Assembly (NCBI GenBank): GCA_030674455.1
Contig: JAUSGQ010000007.1
Location: forward strand, 19,947 to 83,946
DNA length: 64,000 nucleotides
Reading direction: 5' to 3'
From: a bacterium
GTDB taxonomy: Bacteria > Patescibacteriota > Minisyncoccia > Phycocordibacterales > UBA2100
A model generated the notes under the pieces. It had not been told where the DNA came from. It searched no databases and worked only from the letters and a program-made list of their open reading frames with translations. Made by a program: the position numbers and the translations under genes. Every line of letters starts with the position of its first letter. Within the stretch, counting starts at the first letter, position 1. Positions 30,501-39,295 of the stretch are shown piece after piece.

Positions 30501-30838
30501 CCTTTCTCCTCCAGTTCAAGGCCGAGATTAAGCGCGGTTTGGCCGCCGAACCCTAGGAGAATCGCATCGGGTTTTTCTTTCTTGATAACCTGTACGGCAA
30601 ACGGCAAGGTAAGTGGCAAGAGGTAGACGACGTCTGCTACGTTTTCACTCTTTGCATCAGTTCCTTGAGCTGGCGAGTCCGTTTGAACTGTTGCGATATT
30701 CGGATTTATGAGTATGACGCGAATGCCTTCTTCTTTAAGAGCCTTAATCGCTTGTGTGCCGGAGTAATCAAATTCTCCGGCCTGACCGATTTTAAGACCG
30801 CCTGAACCGAGCAACAATACTTTTTTTATGGTCGTCAT
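27539..30838 (-). CDS. carB: Carbamoyl-phosphate synthase large subunit
   Basis: IGQAGEFDYSG, NARLSRSSALASKATGYP, two ATP-grasp domains, MGS domain. Confidence 0.98.
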   Translation of the reverse strand: MTTIKKVLLLGSGGLKIGQAGEFDYSGTQAIKALKEEGIRVILINPNIATVQTDSPAQGTDAKSENVADVVYLLPLTLPFAVQVIKKEKPDAILLGFGGQTALNLGLELEEKGILSKYKVQVLGTPVSVIRETEDRDMFIKRLQKIDVKTARSFAARNISDAKKAATKIGYPVMLRAGFALGGLGSGVVRTEKELVAKLSEIFGSSPQVLIEEDLCGWKEVEYEIVRDRTDNCISVCNMENIDPMGIHTGESMVVAPSQTLTNEEYHRLREIAIKTIRHLGVVGECNIQYALHPKTGDYRVIEVNARLSRSSALASKATGYPLAFIAAKLAMGFTLPQLKNSVTKSTTACFEPALDYIVLKMPRWDLTKFENAITQIGTEMKSVGEVMAIGRSFEEVLQKAIRMLSIGADGFVAHKNGNFRVANYLDEIKHPTTRRIFAIAEALRRGTSVSKISRLSGGIDPWFLEKMKNIMRCSRNLRRSDLPGRSDLLREDMLEAKKLGFSDIQIATLIKSTEDKIRQERMRHKILPVIKQIDTLAGEFPAKTNYLYVTYNGTENDIGRTKKSMIVLGSGPYCIGSSVEFDWSCVQALKTLSKNEYETIMINSNPETVSTDYDMSSRLYFEELSLERVLDIYQFEKARGVVISTGGQIPNNLALPLHKRGVRIMGTKPEDIDRAEDRHTFSKLLDRLEIDQPEWVELTTHKEAAIAAARIGYPVLVRPSYVLSGSAMSVAHDETSLLRFLKRAVDISTEHPVVISKFIENAREIEIDGVASRGKLIIYAITEHVENAGTHSGDATVVLPPQRTYMETIRRAKHITKDVVKELKITGPFNIQFIAKDNHLQVIECNVRSSRSFPFVSKATGYNFIDIATRAMLGKDVSGDYRTLELDYIAVKSPQFSYARIKGADPVSNVEMASTGEVACFGDTFSEALIKSMLASGFRLPRPKRRRLPYKSRRSRSEVGIPTKASGNILISLGKEENKIKLLSALQELAKMNFKLFATEHTADFMRENGIACEKVYKIGGKEPNVGTLIEKGKVDLIINIPAQAFGRDAIDGYIIRRKAVDLNIPLITNRQLAEAFIMAFAGIKASELKSISVDAYT

Positions 30839-30842
30839 ATGA

Positions 30843-30943
30843 GTGCCAATCTACAAATGGACTCCAATCTACAAATAACTACGAATAAGCAATGCTCACA
30901 TTTGTAGCTATTCGTAGTATTCGGATGATTCGTAGATTGGGAC
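30843..30943. mobile_element. 101-bp GTNCCAATCT...AGATTGGNAC foldback element, copy 1
   Basis: Terminal inverted repeat and TACRAAT/ATTYGTA units; between carA and carB. Confidence 0.85.
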
Positions 30944-30955
30944 ATAATAAATATT

Positions 30956-32014
30956 CTAGATGCTGATAGAACGTATAAACTCATCAAATATCCATGCGGT
31001 GTCCGTTGGCCCCGGTGCTGCCTCGGGGTGGAACTGCACAGCTCGCCAGGCTTTTGATTTGTGCTTGATGCCCTCCACGCTTCCGTCATTCGCGTTGGTG
31101 AACCATACAGCCCAATCATGCGGAAGCGATTTTGCGTCAACAGCATACCCGTGATTTTGCGATGTTATGTAACAACGGCCTGTCTCCTGATCTACGCATG
31201 GTTGATTTTGTGAGCGATGACCGTATTTGAGCTTGTATGTACTTCCGCCCGCGGCGAGCGCCAAGAGTTGAGTTCCGAGGCAGATGCCTAATATCGGCTT
31301 TGGCATAAGCATTGCACGCTTGAGATTTTCAATTGTATTGCCGCACATGTTTGGGTCGCCGGGCCCGTTGGAAATCACAAGCGCATCATGCGGCTCATTC
31401 GCAAAATCATAGTCCCATGGAACGCGTACGATCGTAATTTCAGGGCGCACGAGTGAGCGCAAAATATTTTCCTTCATCCCGCAGTCAACTATAACGATGG
31501 TAGTGGCCCCATTGCCGTACGTTTCCGGCTTTTTTATACTGACCCGCGCAACGAGATTCTCCTTATTCGGGTCAACAAAAGCCGATGCAGTGAGGCGTCG
31601 CCTCACTGCATTCACAGGCCTGGCGTCTATTATGCCGAGCATCACACCGTGTTCGCGCAATTTTTTTGCAAGCGCACGCGTATCTACGCCCGTAATTGCC
31701 GGAACACCGGAGCGCTTAAGCCACTCCGATAATGACTCGCACGCCAACTGGTGCGAATAATTCTCGGAATAGTCCGCCACGATTAGGCCAGCGGCCTGGA
31801 TTTTATCGGATTCAAAATATTTACGTTCTGGCACGCCATAATTTCCCACCAGAGGATAGCTCAAGACAATGATTTGTCCTGCATATGAGGGGTCCGATAA
31901 GCTCTCTACATATCCGACCATCCCCGTGTTAAAAACCACCTCGCCGGATGCCGATACGGGTGCGCCAAAGCTTTTACCCTCAAATACTGTCCCGTCTTTA
32001 AGAGTTAATTTCAT
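30956..32014 (-). CDS. carA: Carbamoyl-phosphate synthase small subunit
   Basis: GEVVFNTGMVGY, SNGPGDP, GICLG, SQNHGY, QFHPE. Confidence 0.98.
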   Translation of the reverse strand: MKLTLKDGTVFEGKSFGAPVSASGEVVFNTGMVGYVESLSDPSYAGQIIVLSYPLVGNYGVPERKYFESDKIQAAGLIVADYSENYSHQLACESLSEWLKRSGVPAITGVDTRALAKKLREHGVMLGIIDARPVNAVRRRLTASAFVDPNKENLVARVSIKKPETYGNGATTIVIVDCGMKENILRSLVRPEITIVRVPWDYDFANEPHDALVISNGPGDPNMCGNTIENLKRAMLMPKPILGICLGTQLLALAAGGSTYKLKYGHRSQNQPCVDQETGRCYITSQNHGYAVDAKSLPHDWAVWFTNANDGSVEGIKHKSKAWRAVQFHPEAAPGPTDTAWIFDEFIRSISI

Positions 32015-32218
32015 AATGTATGAGACCCTACTTCGCTTCCTCCTACGTCAAGACTACGGAGGACAAGAAAGCTACGAAGGGTTGCTCTCTCATGAAAATG
32101 CCCGCTTACTGCGGGCAGAAATGGAGAGCAAAAAAATACACCCGGGCGGGTGTTTCTCTTATTAATTCCTTGCGAGTTCATTAAAGTTGAATTATATGCC
32201 CATATTTGCCGGTGTCAA
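32011..32218 (-). promoter_or_regulatory. carA promoter with attenuator-like leader
   Basis: TTGACA-16-TATAAT; 56-codon leader ORF 32181-32011; hairpin+U7 and second hairpin+U4. Confidence 0.55.
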
Positions 32219-32262
32219 ATTTTAACCTGGCTGTGGATATGTCGCGTGAGTATACTGGAAAC

Positions 32263-33561
32263 ATGGTGCGCGATGACTTAATCAAATTTAAATTGCCCGA
32301 CAGTCCGGGTATATACTATTATCGAAATTCGAGGGGCAAAATTCTATACATTGGTAAAGCTACATCTCTGCGCGACCGCGTACGGAGCTATTTTTTGTCA
32401 GGTCTATCGGAATCTCGAAGCACGGCAATCGCAGCAATGATAGATGAGACGCACTCCGTCACATGGCAAACGACCGAGTCGGTTCTTGAAGCTCTGATAC
32501 TCGAAGCGAATGAGATAAAAAAACATCAGCCGAAATACAATGCACGAGAAAAGGACGACAAGAGCTTTAATTTTCTCGTAATCACAAAGGAAGATTTCCC
32601 GCGCGTTTTAGTAATTCGCGGCCGCGAACTATTTTCTCCACTTATCGCTAATCGCTATTCGCTAACCGCTATCTTCGGCCCATATCCGCAGGGACGTTCA
32701 CTGCAAGAAGCTCTGAAAATCGTTCGGAAAATATTTCCTTTCCGCGATAAATGCATTCCATGTGACACTGCGGAAAAATCCTTACTTTCTAATTCGCGCG
32801 AATTAGAAAGTAAAGAAACTCATGTACATCTTAAACATAAATGCAGGCCGTGCTTCAATCATCAGATAGGATTATGTCCCGGTGTATGCAGTGGGGAAAT
32901 ATCAAAAAACGATTATGCTCGAACTATACGACACATTAAGACTCTATTTTCAGGGAAAATAAAGAGGTTGAAGAGGGATCTGGAACGAGAAATGAGAGCC
33001 GAATCGAAAGCCGAGCGATTTGAAAAGGCCGCCATATTGCGTCGACAAATTGGTTCGTTAAACCACATACGCGACGTATCGCTAATAAATAACGATAACA
33101 TGGCCGATTTACCCAGGAAACCTACGAGGATAGAGGCGTATGACGTGGCACATACGTCGGGATCGGAGACAGTAGCCGTAATGACTGTTGTGAATAATGG
33201 CGAGCCCGAAAAGAGTTCCTACAGAAAATTCAAGATTCAAACTGCTGCAAACGACGACATTGGAGCACTCAAAGAGGTTCTCTCACGCCGCCTGGCGCAC
33301 TCGGAGTGGCCCTTGCCGAGCGTGTTTGTTGTGGACGGAGGAACTGCGCAATTGCGTGCGGCCGCAAATATTCTAAAAGACGCTGGTATAATGATTCCCG
33401 TGGTATCTGTGGTAAAAAACGAATTTCATAAACCCGAACGGCTCATGGGAGATACGAATGCAATTAAGACCTTGGGAAAAGAAATTCTTCTTGCCAATCA
33501 AGAAGCGCATCGTTTTGCGATTACGTATCATAGAAAACGACGAGGTCGACTAACGATATGA
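32263..33561 (+). CDS. uvrC: Excinuclease ABC subunit C (no C-terminal HhH)
   Basis: PGIYY..LYIGKA..RVRSYF, EALILE..PKYN, EAYDVAH, VDGG, EAHRFA. Confidence 0.93.
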   Translation: MVRDDLIKFKLPDSPGIYYYRNSRGKILYIGKATSLRDRVRSYFLSGLSESRSTAIAAMIDETHSVTWQTTESVLEALILEANEIKKHQPKYNAREKDDKSFNFLVITKEDFPRVLVIRGRELFSPLIANRYSLTAIFGPYPQGRSLQEALKIVRKIFPFRDKCIPCDTAEKSLLSNSRELESKETHVHLKHKCRPCFNHQIGLCPGVCSGEISKNDYARTIRHIKTLFSGKIKRLKRDLEREMRAESKAERFEKAAILRRQIGSLNHIRDVSLINNDNMADLPRKPTRIEAYDVAHTSGSETVAVMTVVNNGEPEKSSYRKFKIQTAANDDIGALKEVLSRRLAHSEWPLPSVFVVDGGTAQLRAAANILKDAGIMIPVVSVVKNEFHKPERLMGDTNAIKTLGKEILLANQEAHRFAITYHRKRRGRLTI

Positions 33562-33574
33562 TTATGAGTGTTGT

Positions 33575-34069
33575 ATGAGTAAAGAAAACGGAGAAGGCGG
33601 GAATGTCGTCAATTTGAAACGGCGATTGGAACAACTAAAGGCGACGCGTAGCCTAAGACCTACAGCAGACGCTCAACAGCAGGAAACCATCCCACCGCTA
33701 ACGGACAAAGAAGTGTTACAAAAAGCTAGAGAGATTGTGGAAAGATTCCCGGGCATTGCCTCGTTGGCTAAAGACTTAGATAGTCAAGAGATCGCCCTTG
33801 GCCGGATACCGAGTGAAAGAAATGTTGAACTGGCACGTGCTGGTTATGAGGAAGAATTGGGACGAGCCCGAGAGAGAGCCGAGGTGAATGTCCGAAACAA
33901 ACCTGAATCCCCATTACAGAATAGACTTCAGGAGGATGTCAGAATCATGTTCGCTGGATATGAATGGACGCAACCGGTGTTTTTCAATACCAAATATGCC
34001 GCCTATGCCCGCGCCTATCTCGAAAAATTTGATCCAAAATTCAAACTGCCTGATTTTACCGACATATGA
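33575..34069 (+). CDS. Orphan hypothetical protein
   Basis: 164-aa charged ORF; stop overlaps the next start. Confidence 0.65.
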   Translation: MSKENGEGGNVVNLKRRLEQLKATRSLRPTADAQQQETIPPLTDKEVLQKAREIVERFPGIASLAKDLDSQEIALGRIPSERNVELARAGYEEELGRARERAEVNVRNKPESPLQNRLQEDVRIMFAGYEWTQPVFFNTKYAAYARAYLEKFDPKFKLPDFTDI

Positions 34070-34461
34070 TGAATAAATGGAAGCAAGGAAAAGTCGTTAG
34101 CTTAAAAGTTGCGCAGTTGAAAATTCAGCGCAGGGAGACATCCGAACTTTCGGCCAAAGAAAGAATGCACCTCTCGCTATTCGCAAAAGAGACTATTCCT
34201 AAACTTAACGAAAAAGTCTTGATGGAAGACTTTATGAGAAGATTTCATAAGGCAGATCTATCCAAGGTCAGACACAACATCGAAGAGATAAGAAGAGATA
34301 TACGGCGGGAGATCGGCGGTTTTACGGAGATTGTTAAACAGAGCTACAAACTTAAAGACCTAGAAGAGTTACTGCTTAAATACAAAACTGGAGAAAGTTC
34401 TGCACCCTTAACGTTTATTTACGCAGCCGCGCAGGAATATATTAAACGAGTTTACCTTTAG
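34066..34461 (+). CDS. Orphan hypothetical protein
   Basis: 131-aa ORF, ATGA-coupled to the previous gene. Confidence 0.65.
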   Translation: MMNKWKQGKVVSLKVAQLKIQRRETSELSAKERMHLSLFAKETIPKLNEKVLMEDFMRRFHKADLSKVRHNIEEIRRDIRREIGGFTEIVKQSYKLKDLEELLLKYKTGESSAPLTFIYAAAQEYIKRVYL

Positions 34462-34488
34462 GATGAATTGAGGTGTTATAATTTCGAA

Positions 34489-35460
34489 ATGTCGCGGACT
34501 ATAGTCGGCGTTTTGCGCGGGGGGACATCAAACGAATATGCTCTTTCGCTCAAAACGGGTGCGGCTCTTCTTTCTGCACTACCGGAAGAGAAGTATGACA
34601 CTCGCGATATTCTCGTGGACAAGAGCGGCGTGTGGCATTCGCGAGGAATTCCAATGGATGCTCCGCGTGCGCTGGCGCAAATCGATGTCGTTCTGAACGG
34701 ATTGCACGGCGGCGCCGGCGAAGATGGCACGGTGCAGCGCCTATTAGATAGGGCAGGAGTCGCATATGCAGGTTCGCGCGCGCGAGGCGCAGCTGTTTCG
34801 CTCAACAAATCCCTTTCGCACGAAATTTTGCAGAAAGCGGGAATACAGATGCCGCGCGCCGTTTCATTTACCCTTAACAATCAAATTGATACCGGCGAGA
34901 TGGCTCAAGCGGTTTTCTCTCAATTCGGCCCTCCATATATTGTAAAGCCCGTGAATGATGGCGCTTCTCATGGCATTCGTTTTGCCGTCAATCTGCTCGA
35001 GCTGCCGGATGCTATCGGCGACATTTTGGATGAATACGGAGCTGCCCTGATTGAAGAGTTTGTCTTAGGGGATGAAGTCAGTGTGGGTGTAATTGATAAT
35101 TATCGCGGACAAGAATTGTACGTTTTGCCGCCGGCACATGTGCATTACCCCGATGAGAGCAAATTTCTCACTCACCATGTACATGAGAACGCGACTGCGA
35201 AATACGAATGCCCGAGCAATTTCACGCACGAGGAAAAACAAGCTATTGAAGAAATGGCGCGGACCGCTCACCGCGCACTCGAACTTTCGCATTTTTCACG
35301 CGCCGACATTATCTTGACGCGCCGAGGCCCGTACCTCTTGGAGGTTAACGCATTGCCCGGATTGTATTCCGGAGCATCCCTTCCGGTAATGCTTGAAGCC
35401 GTCGGAGCATCAACAGGGGAGTTTGTAGAGCATGCAATCGGTCTCGCGAAGCAATATTAG
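34489..35460 (+). CDS. ddl: D-alanine--D-alanine ligase family protein
   Basis: GGTSNE..SL, LHGGAGEDG, VKP..GAS.G, RAD, LEVNALPG. Confidence 0.9.
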   Translation: MSRTIVGVLRGGTSNEYALSLKTGAALLSALPEEKYDTRDILVDKSGVWHSRGIPMDAPRALAQIDVVLNGLHGGAGEDGTVQRLLDRAGVAYAGSRARGAAVSLNKSLSHEILQKAGIQMPRAVSFTLNNQIDTGEMAQAVFSQFGPPYIVKPVNDGASHGIRFAVNLLELPDAIGDILDEYGAALIEEFVLGDEVSVGVIDNYRGQELYVLPPAHVHYPDESKFLTHHVHENATAKYECPSNFTHEEKQAIEEMARTAHRALELSHFSRADIILTRRGPYLLEVNALPGLYSGASLPVMLEAVGASTGEFVEHAIGLAKQY

Positions 35461-35507
35461 ATTATTTGCTAGTCTGGCAGAAAACCTGTAACCTACACCC
35501 TGTTCAT

Positions 35508-35579
35508 GGGCCGGTAGTTCAGTGGTAGAACGTCTCATTTGCAATGAGAAGGTCGGGGGTTCGATTCCTCTCCGGTCCA
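35508..35579 (+). tRNA. tRNA-Ala(TGC); CCA not encoded
   Basis: Cloverleaf, anticodon arm tctca-tttgcaa-tgaga, GGTTCGA T-loop, G3.U70 pair. Confidence 0.95.
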
Positions 35580-35666
35580 CCCCGTTAGAGATTAGTAACG
35601 TCTTTATTACTGATTCGTCGAATAACTCTTTTATATATCTAAAGGTATAAATGATCTCTAACGGGG
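35580..35666. mobile_element. 87-bp miniature inverted-repeat element at the tRNA 3' end
   Basis: Perfect 13-bp TIR ccccgttagagat/atctctaacgggg flanked by TCCA on both sides. Confidence 0.85.
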
Positions 35667-35674
35667 TCCACAAA

Positions 35675-36376
35675 ATGATTAGTGCAAATCTTAGGAATAT
35701 AGAAGGCGAAATGAGTAGCGCGGGTAGGAAAGTTACCTTGGTTGCTGTAACAAAAAGCGTGGGGATAGACGAAACAAACGAAATCATTAAAGCGGGAGTG
35801 CGCGCAATCGGAGAAAATAGAGTCGAGGATTTTGAAAAGAAAATCACGCAATTGCTTCCGGTAGAAAAGCATTTCATCGGGCAAATTCAATCGCGAAAGA
35901 TTAAACGAATTGTAGAACTATTTGATGTTATTCAATCTGTCGATTCAATCGAGCACTTAGAGAAAATCGAGAGGGAGGCAGTCTCTCAAAACAAAAAAAT
36001 AAAAATTCTTCTACAGTTCAATATTTCACGGGAGGCGCAAAGAGGCGGCTTCGAACCAAGTGATGTCGTACAAATTATTAAAGCTATTGGAAGGTATTCA
36101 CTATCGGTTAATTCGCGCGAATTAACCGATAAGAGCAATAGCATTTTGTCGATTCAACATGTGGAAATCATCGGAGTGATGGGAATGGCTAGCGATACTA
36201 CAGATACTGAAGTGGTGAGAGAGCAGTTTCGCTTGCTAAAAGATATTAGAGACCAATTGCAGTCGAAATATCCTAAAATCAAAGAACTGTCGATGGGCAT
36301 GTCTAGTGACTGCCAAATCGCCCTGGAGGAAGGCGCCACAATACTGCGAATCGGCAGGGCACTATTCAGCAATTAG
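35675..36376 (+). CDS. yggS: PLP homeostasis protein YggS
   Basis: LVAVTK, GENRV, HFIGQIQSRK, LSMGMSSD, RIGRALF. Confidence 0.93.
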   Translation: MISANLRNIEGEMSSAGRKVTLVAVTKSVGIDETNEIIKAGVRAIGENRVEDFEKKITQLLPVEKHFIGQIQSRKIKRIVELFDVIQSVDSIEHLEKIEREAVSQNKKIKILLQFNISREAQRGGFEPSDVVQIIKAIGRYSLSVNSRELTDKSNSILSIQHVEIIGVMGMASDTTDTEVVREQFRLLKDIRDQLQSKYPKIKELSMGMSSDCQIALEEGATILRIGRALFSN

Positions 36377-36551
36377 CGCGTTTCTTTGACAATCCAATGA
36401 GATGTCATCTCATTGGATTGCATAATTGACGGGGTGATGTACTATGCTGGCGTAATGTAAGTTTTCCATAGCTTGAGTAGGTTGCATTAGACCAAGGGAA
36501 GCGAGGAAAGGTTGGTTTACATTTTTATACAGAAAACAAAAAAATAGCATC

Positions 36552-36893
36552 ATGGCAAAGAAACTTTACGTCGGCGGGCTGCCTTACAGCACGACCGATG
36601 CAGAACTCAAGGACGCTTTCTCGCAGTCTGGTTCCGTCGTGTCGGCCGTCGTCATCATTGATAAGATGAGCGGGCGCTCGAAGGGATTCGGATTCGTAGA
36701 AATGTCATCCGATGAGGAAGCGCAGAAAGCGATAGACGCTTTCAACGGGAAGGACTTCGGCGGACGAACCCTCACAGTAAACGAGGCTCGCCCGATGGAG
36801 GAGAGACCGCGACGCGATTTCCGAGGTGGCGGCAATGGCGGCAGTGACCGCGGCGGCTACGGAGGAGGCGACAGAGGCGGACGAAGCTGGTAA
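36552..36893 (+). CDS. RRM RNA-binding protein with Gly/Arg tail
   Basis: KLYVGGL (RNP2), KGFGFVEM (RNP1), VNEARP. Confidence 0.95.
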   Translation: MAKKLYVGGLPYSTTDAELKDAFSQSGSVVSAVVIIDKMSGRSKGFGFVEMSSDEEAQKAIDAFNGKDFGGRTLTVNEARPMEERPRRDFRGGGNGGSDRGGYGGGDRGGRSW

Positions 36894-36911
36894 TTTTTCA
36901 GCTTTTCAAAC

Positions 36912-36948
36912 AAAAAGCTCTGTGGTAAAACGCAGAGCTTTTTGTTTT
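36912..36948 (+). terminator. Intrinsic terminator
   Basis: aaaaagctctgtg-gtaaaa-cgcagagcttttt. Confidence 0.8.
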
Positions 36949-37155
36949 ATCTGTCGAGGATAGCGAGAGAAGTGAAAGAGTACTCTCTTTCACTTCTGAG
37001 CGGCGCAGACAGCAAAGGTGATAACCCCGCGGCTTGCCGCGGAAACCTTTCATACGCATCTGACCTATAACCTTTTACCTGACACCTGTAACCTGTTGCG
37101 TGATATCCACAAGCTAGTAAAGGAAATTACACTCTGATGAGTCATACTGTACTCA

Positions 37156-37536
37156 ATGCTTAGATACCGCTCTCTTCTCGGGTGGGGAATTACGATATAC
37201 GCCATTATGTATGTGGTGTGGGCCGGCTTCACCATATACGGATTTATAGTGGGCACTGCGCCTCATGTCGCGGCTCTGCTCATCCTGCTCGTGATTGCCG
37301 CGATTGCCGGAAGTTCTCTGCGCCTCGCCTCATGGAAAGACATCTTTCCATACTCGCTCACGTGGGCTGTATCAATGGCAATATTGAATTCTGTCATGTC
37401 TATGCCATATGTCGGATGGAATGTATTTGCGGAACCATACGTCTGGGCTAGTTATGCGCTCGTCGTGCTTGTCCCGCTATTTTGCGCCGAGCAAGTTTCT
37501 ATAACGGATGAGATGTCGTCGCGGTGGCACACGTAG
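37156..37536 (+). CDS. Hypothetical 4-TM membrane protein
   Basis: Hydrophobic 126-aa ORF. Confidence 0.7.
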   Translation: MLRYRSLLGWGITIYAIMYVVWAGFTIYGFIVGTAPHVAALLILLVIAAIAGSSLRLASWKDIFPYSLTWAVSMAILNSVMSMPYVGWNVFAEPYVWASYALVVLVPLFCAEQVSITDEMSSRWHT

Positions 37537-37541
37537 GCGCT

Positions 37542-38798
37542 ATGGCAGTTACTCAAGATGCAGTAATTCTATCCGATGCGGGACATAGGTTCGGGTTTCT
37601 CCACATTCACAGATTTGTATTTCGAATAGGGTTGAGCATCGCGAATACATTCGCTTGGATTTTCGTGCTTCAGTATTTTATAAATATAACGAGCAGCCTC
37701 TCGCGGGCATTTATTGCCGTATTTGTAATGTATGCAATCGGGCAGGTGGTGACTATTATTTTGACGCCCATTTCCGCGGCACACTTGCGCCGCGGCACGA
37801 GGCATTCGCTATTTTTCGGCGCACTCGTCGCCGGCGGCGCATATATAACGCTCGGTGCAACTCTTGGTGGAATATTCAACGGCGCGTCGATGGGGTTGGC
37901 ATCGACACCTGTAGACGGGCCGACTGGATGGGGAATAGCGGTATTTGCGATACTCCTCGGCGCATACAGAGCCATTTATTGGGTTCCATACCAACTCCGC
38001 TCATCCACAGAGGAGCACGGTCGCTCCCGCCTGCCGCTTGTATACGAGGCTTTAATCGCTCTCATGCCAGCGTTTGCGGGAATCACGATGGCGGTTGAGC
38101 CATTTGCTCCTCTGCGCCTACTCTTCGGTAGTGCTGTCTTGCTTGCTGTTTCTCTTTTGCCGATTCTGCCGCTCAAAGATTATTACGAAAGATTTTCGTG
38201 GAATTACGGAGAGACCTTCGCACAATTATTAAAGCCCCGCAATCGCCGCTTGCTATCATCTTCGTTTAGCGGGGGATTGCAGGGAACAGTACTATTCCTG
38301 ATATGGCCGATTTATGTTTTCTTTCTCGTTGGCACAAATTACAAAGTCCTTGGAGCAATATTGAGTGTTACATTTTTTGCGGTGCTTCTTCTGCGCTACG
38401 CCTATCGCAAGCTGGCTCACAAGGTGAAATTCAGCCAATCAGTCGTAGTTCACATCGTATTTTCCATGTCGGGTTGGGTGATGCGGATTTTTGTCGGCTC
38501 GCCACTCGGTGTAGTTCTTGCTGATTCTTATTCCCATATCGGCGCTCCTCGAACTTCTCACAGCATAGACACGCACACCATGGAACAAACTGCCGACAAC
38601 GGCTCGTTTATCGATGAATACACCGCTCTCAAAGAAATTGGGCTGGCCATTGGCAGAATCGGCGCGTGCGCAATAGCGGGATTACTTTTCGTGCTTACAA
38701 CGCCTCCAATAGCGCTCACCGGCATGCTGCTTATAGCGGGAATTTCCGCGGCGGTTTCTGTATATATGGAACGAACCGCCGAGCGAAATTCATTTTAA
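37542..38798 (+). CDS. MFS-like multi-pass membrane protein
   Basis: ~12 hydrophobic segments; start uncertain. Confidence 0.65.
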   Translation: MAVTQDAVILSDAGHRFGFLHIHRFVFRIGLSIANTFAWIFVLQYFINITSSLSRAFIAVFVMYAIGQVVTIILTPISAAHLRRGTRHSLFFGALVAGGAYITLGATLGGIFNGASMGLASTPVDGPTGWGIAVFAILLGAYRAIYWVPYQLRSSTEEHGRSRLPLVYEALIALMPAFAGITMAVEPFAPLRLLFGSAVLLAVSLLPILPLKDYYERFSWNYGETFAQLLKPRNRRLLSSSFSGGLQGTVLFLIWPIYVFFLVGTNYKVLGAILSVTFFAVLLLRYAYRKLAHKVKFSQSVVVHIVFSMSGWVMRIFVGSPLGVVLADSYSHIGAPRTSHSIDTHTMEQTADNGSFIDEYTALKEIGLAIGRIGACAIAGLLFVLTTPPIALTGMLLIAGISAAVSVYMERTAERNSF

Positions 38799-39023
38799 AA
38801 TAATCAATTTAGGTATATCCTTGGTTCGGGAATGTGTGATAGTTGGCCTGTTTGCGATTGACCTTGGTCCGGCCCAATCCAGACTGAAGAGAAACTACAT
38901 AACCAATTGTTGACTCTCCCGGGTGAACATGGACTCATTCACTCATTACTCGCGGCCAGGCTCTCCTCCTGGTCGCTTTTTTTTGCAAAAAAAAAGACGC
39001 GTCCGGACGCCGTTCAGCCTAAT

Positions 39024-39275
39024 CTAATTGTTCTCATCTGGCTGGCTTTTACTTATAAAAGAAACCTTGGGCAGTATTATCGGACGCCGTGCATCCTCCT
39101 CAGGTTTCTTAGCTACCGAAGATTCTGGCTGTATATTTTCTTGCGAATGTTCTGTGTTTTTAGCCAGAATTTGCTTCATTCGAGATTCAGGAATCGCATC
39201 AAGGGCCTCTCGCAAGGTAATATTCTTTCTACCTGCAAATCTTGGCTTAGCGAATGGCTTTGGTTCTTCTTTCAT
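39024..39275 (-). CDS. Orphan hypothetical protein
   Basis: Charged ORF downstream of 39296-39745; start uncertain. Confidence 0.4.
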   Translation of the reverse strand: MKEEPKPFAKPRFAGRKNITLREALDAIPESRMKQILAKNTEHSQENIQPESSVAKKPEEDARRPIILPKVSFISKSQPDENN

Positions 39276-39295
39276 GCATGGAATGAACTCGAAGT

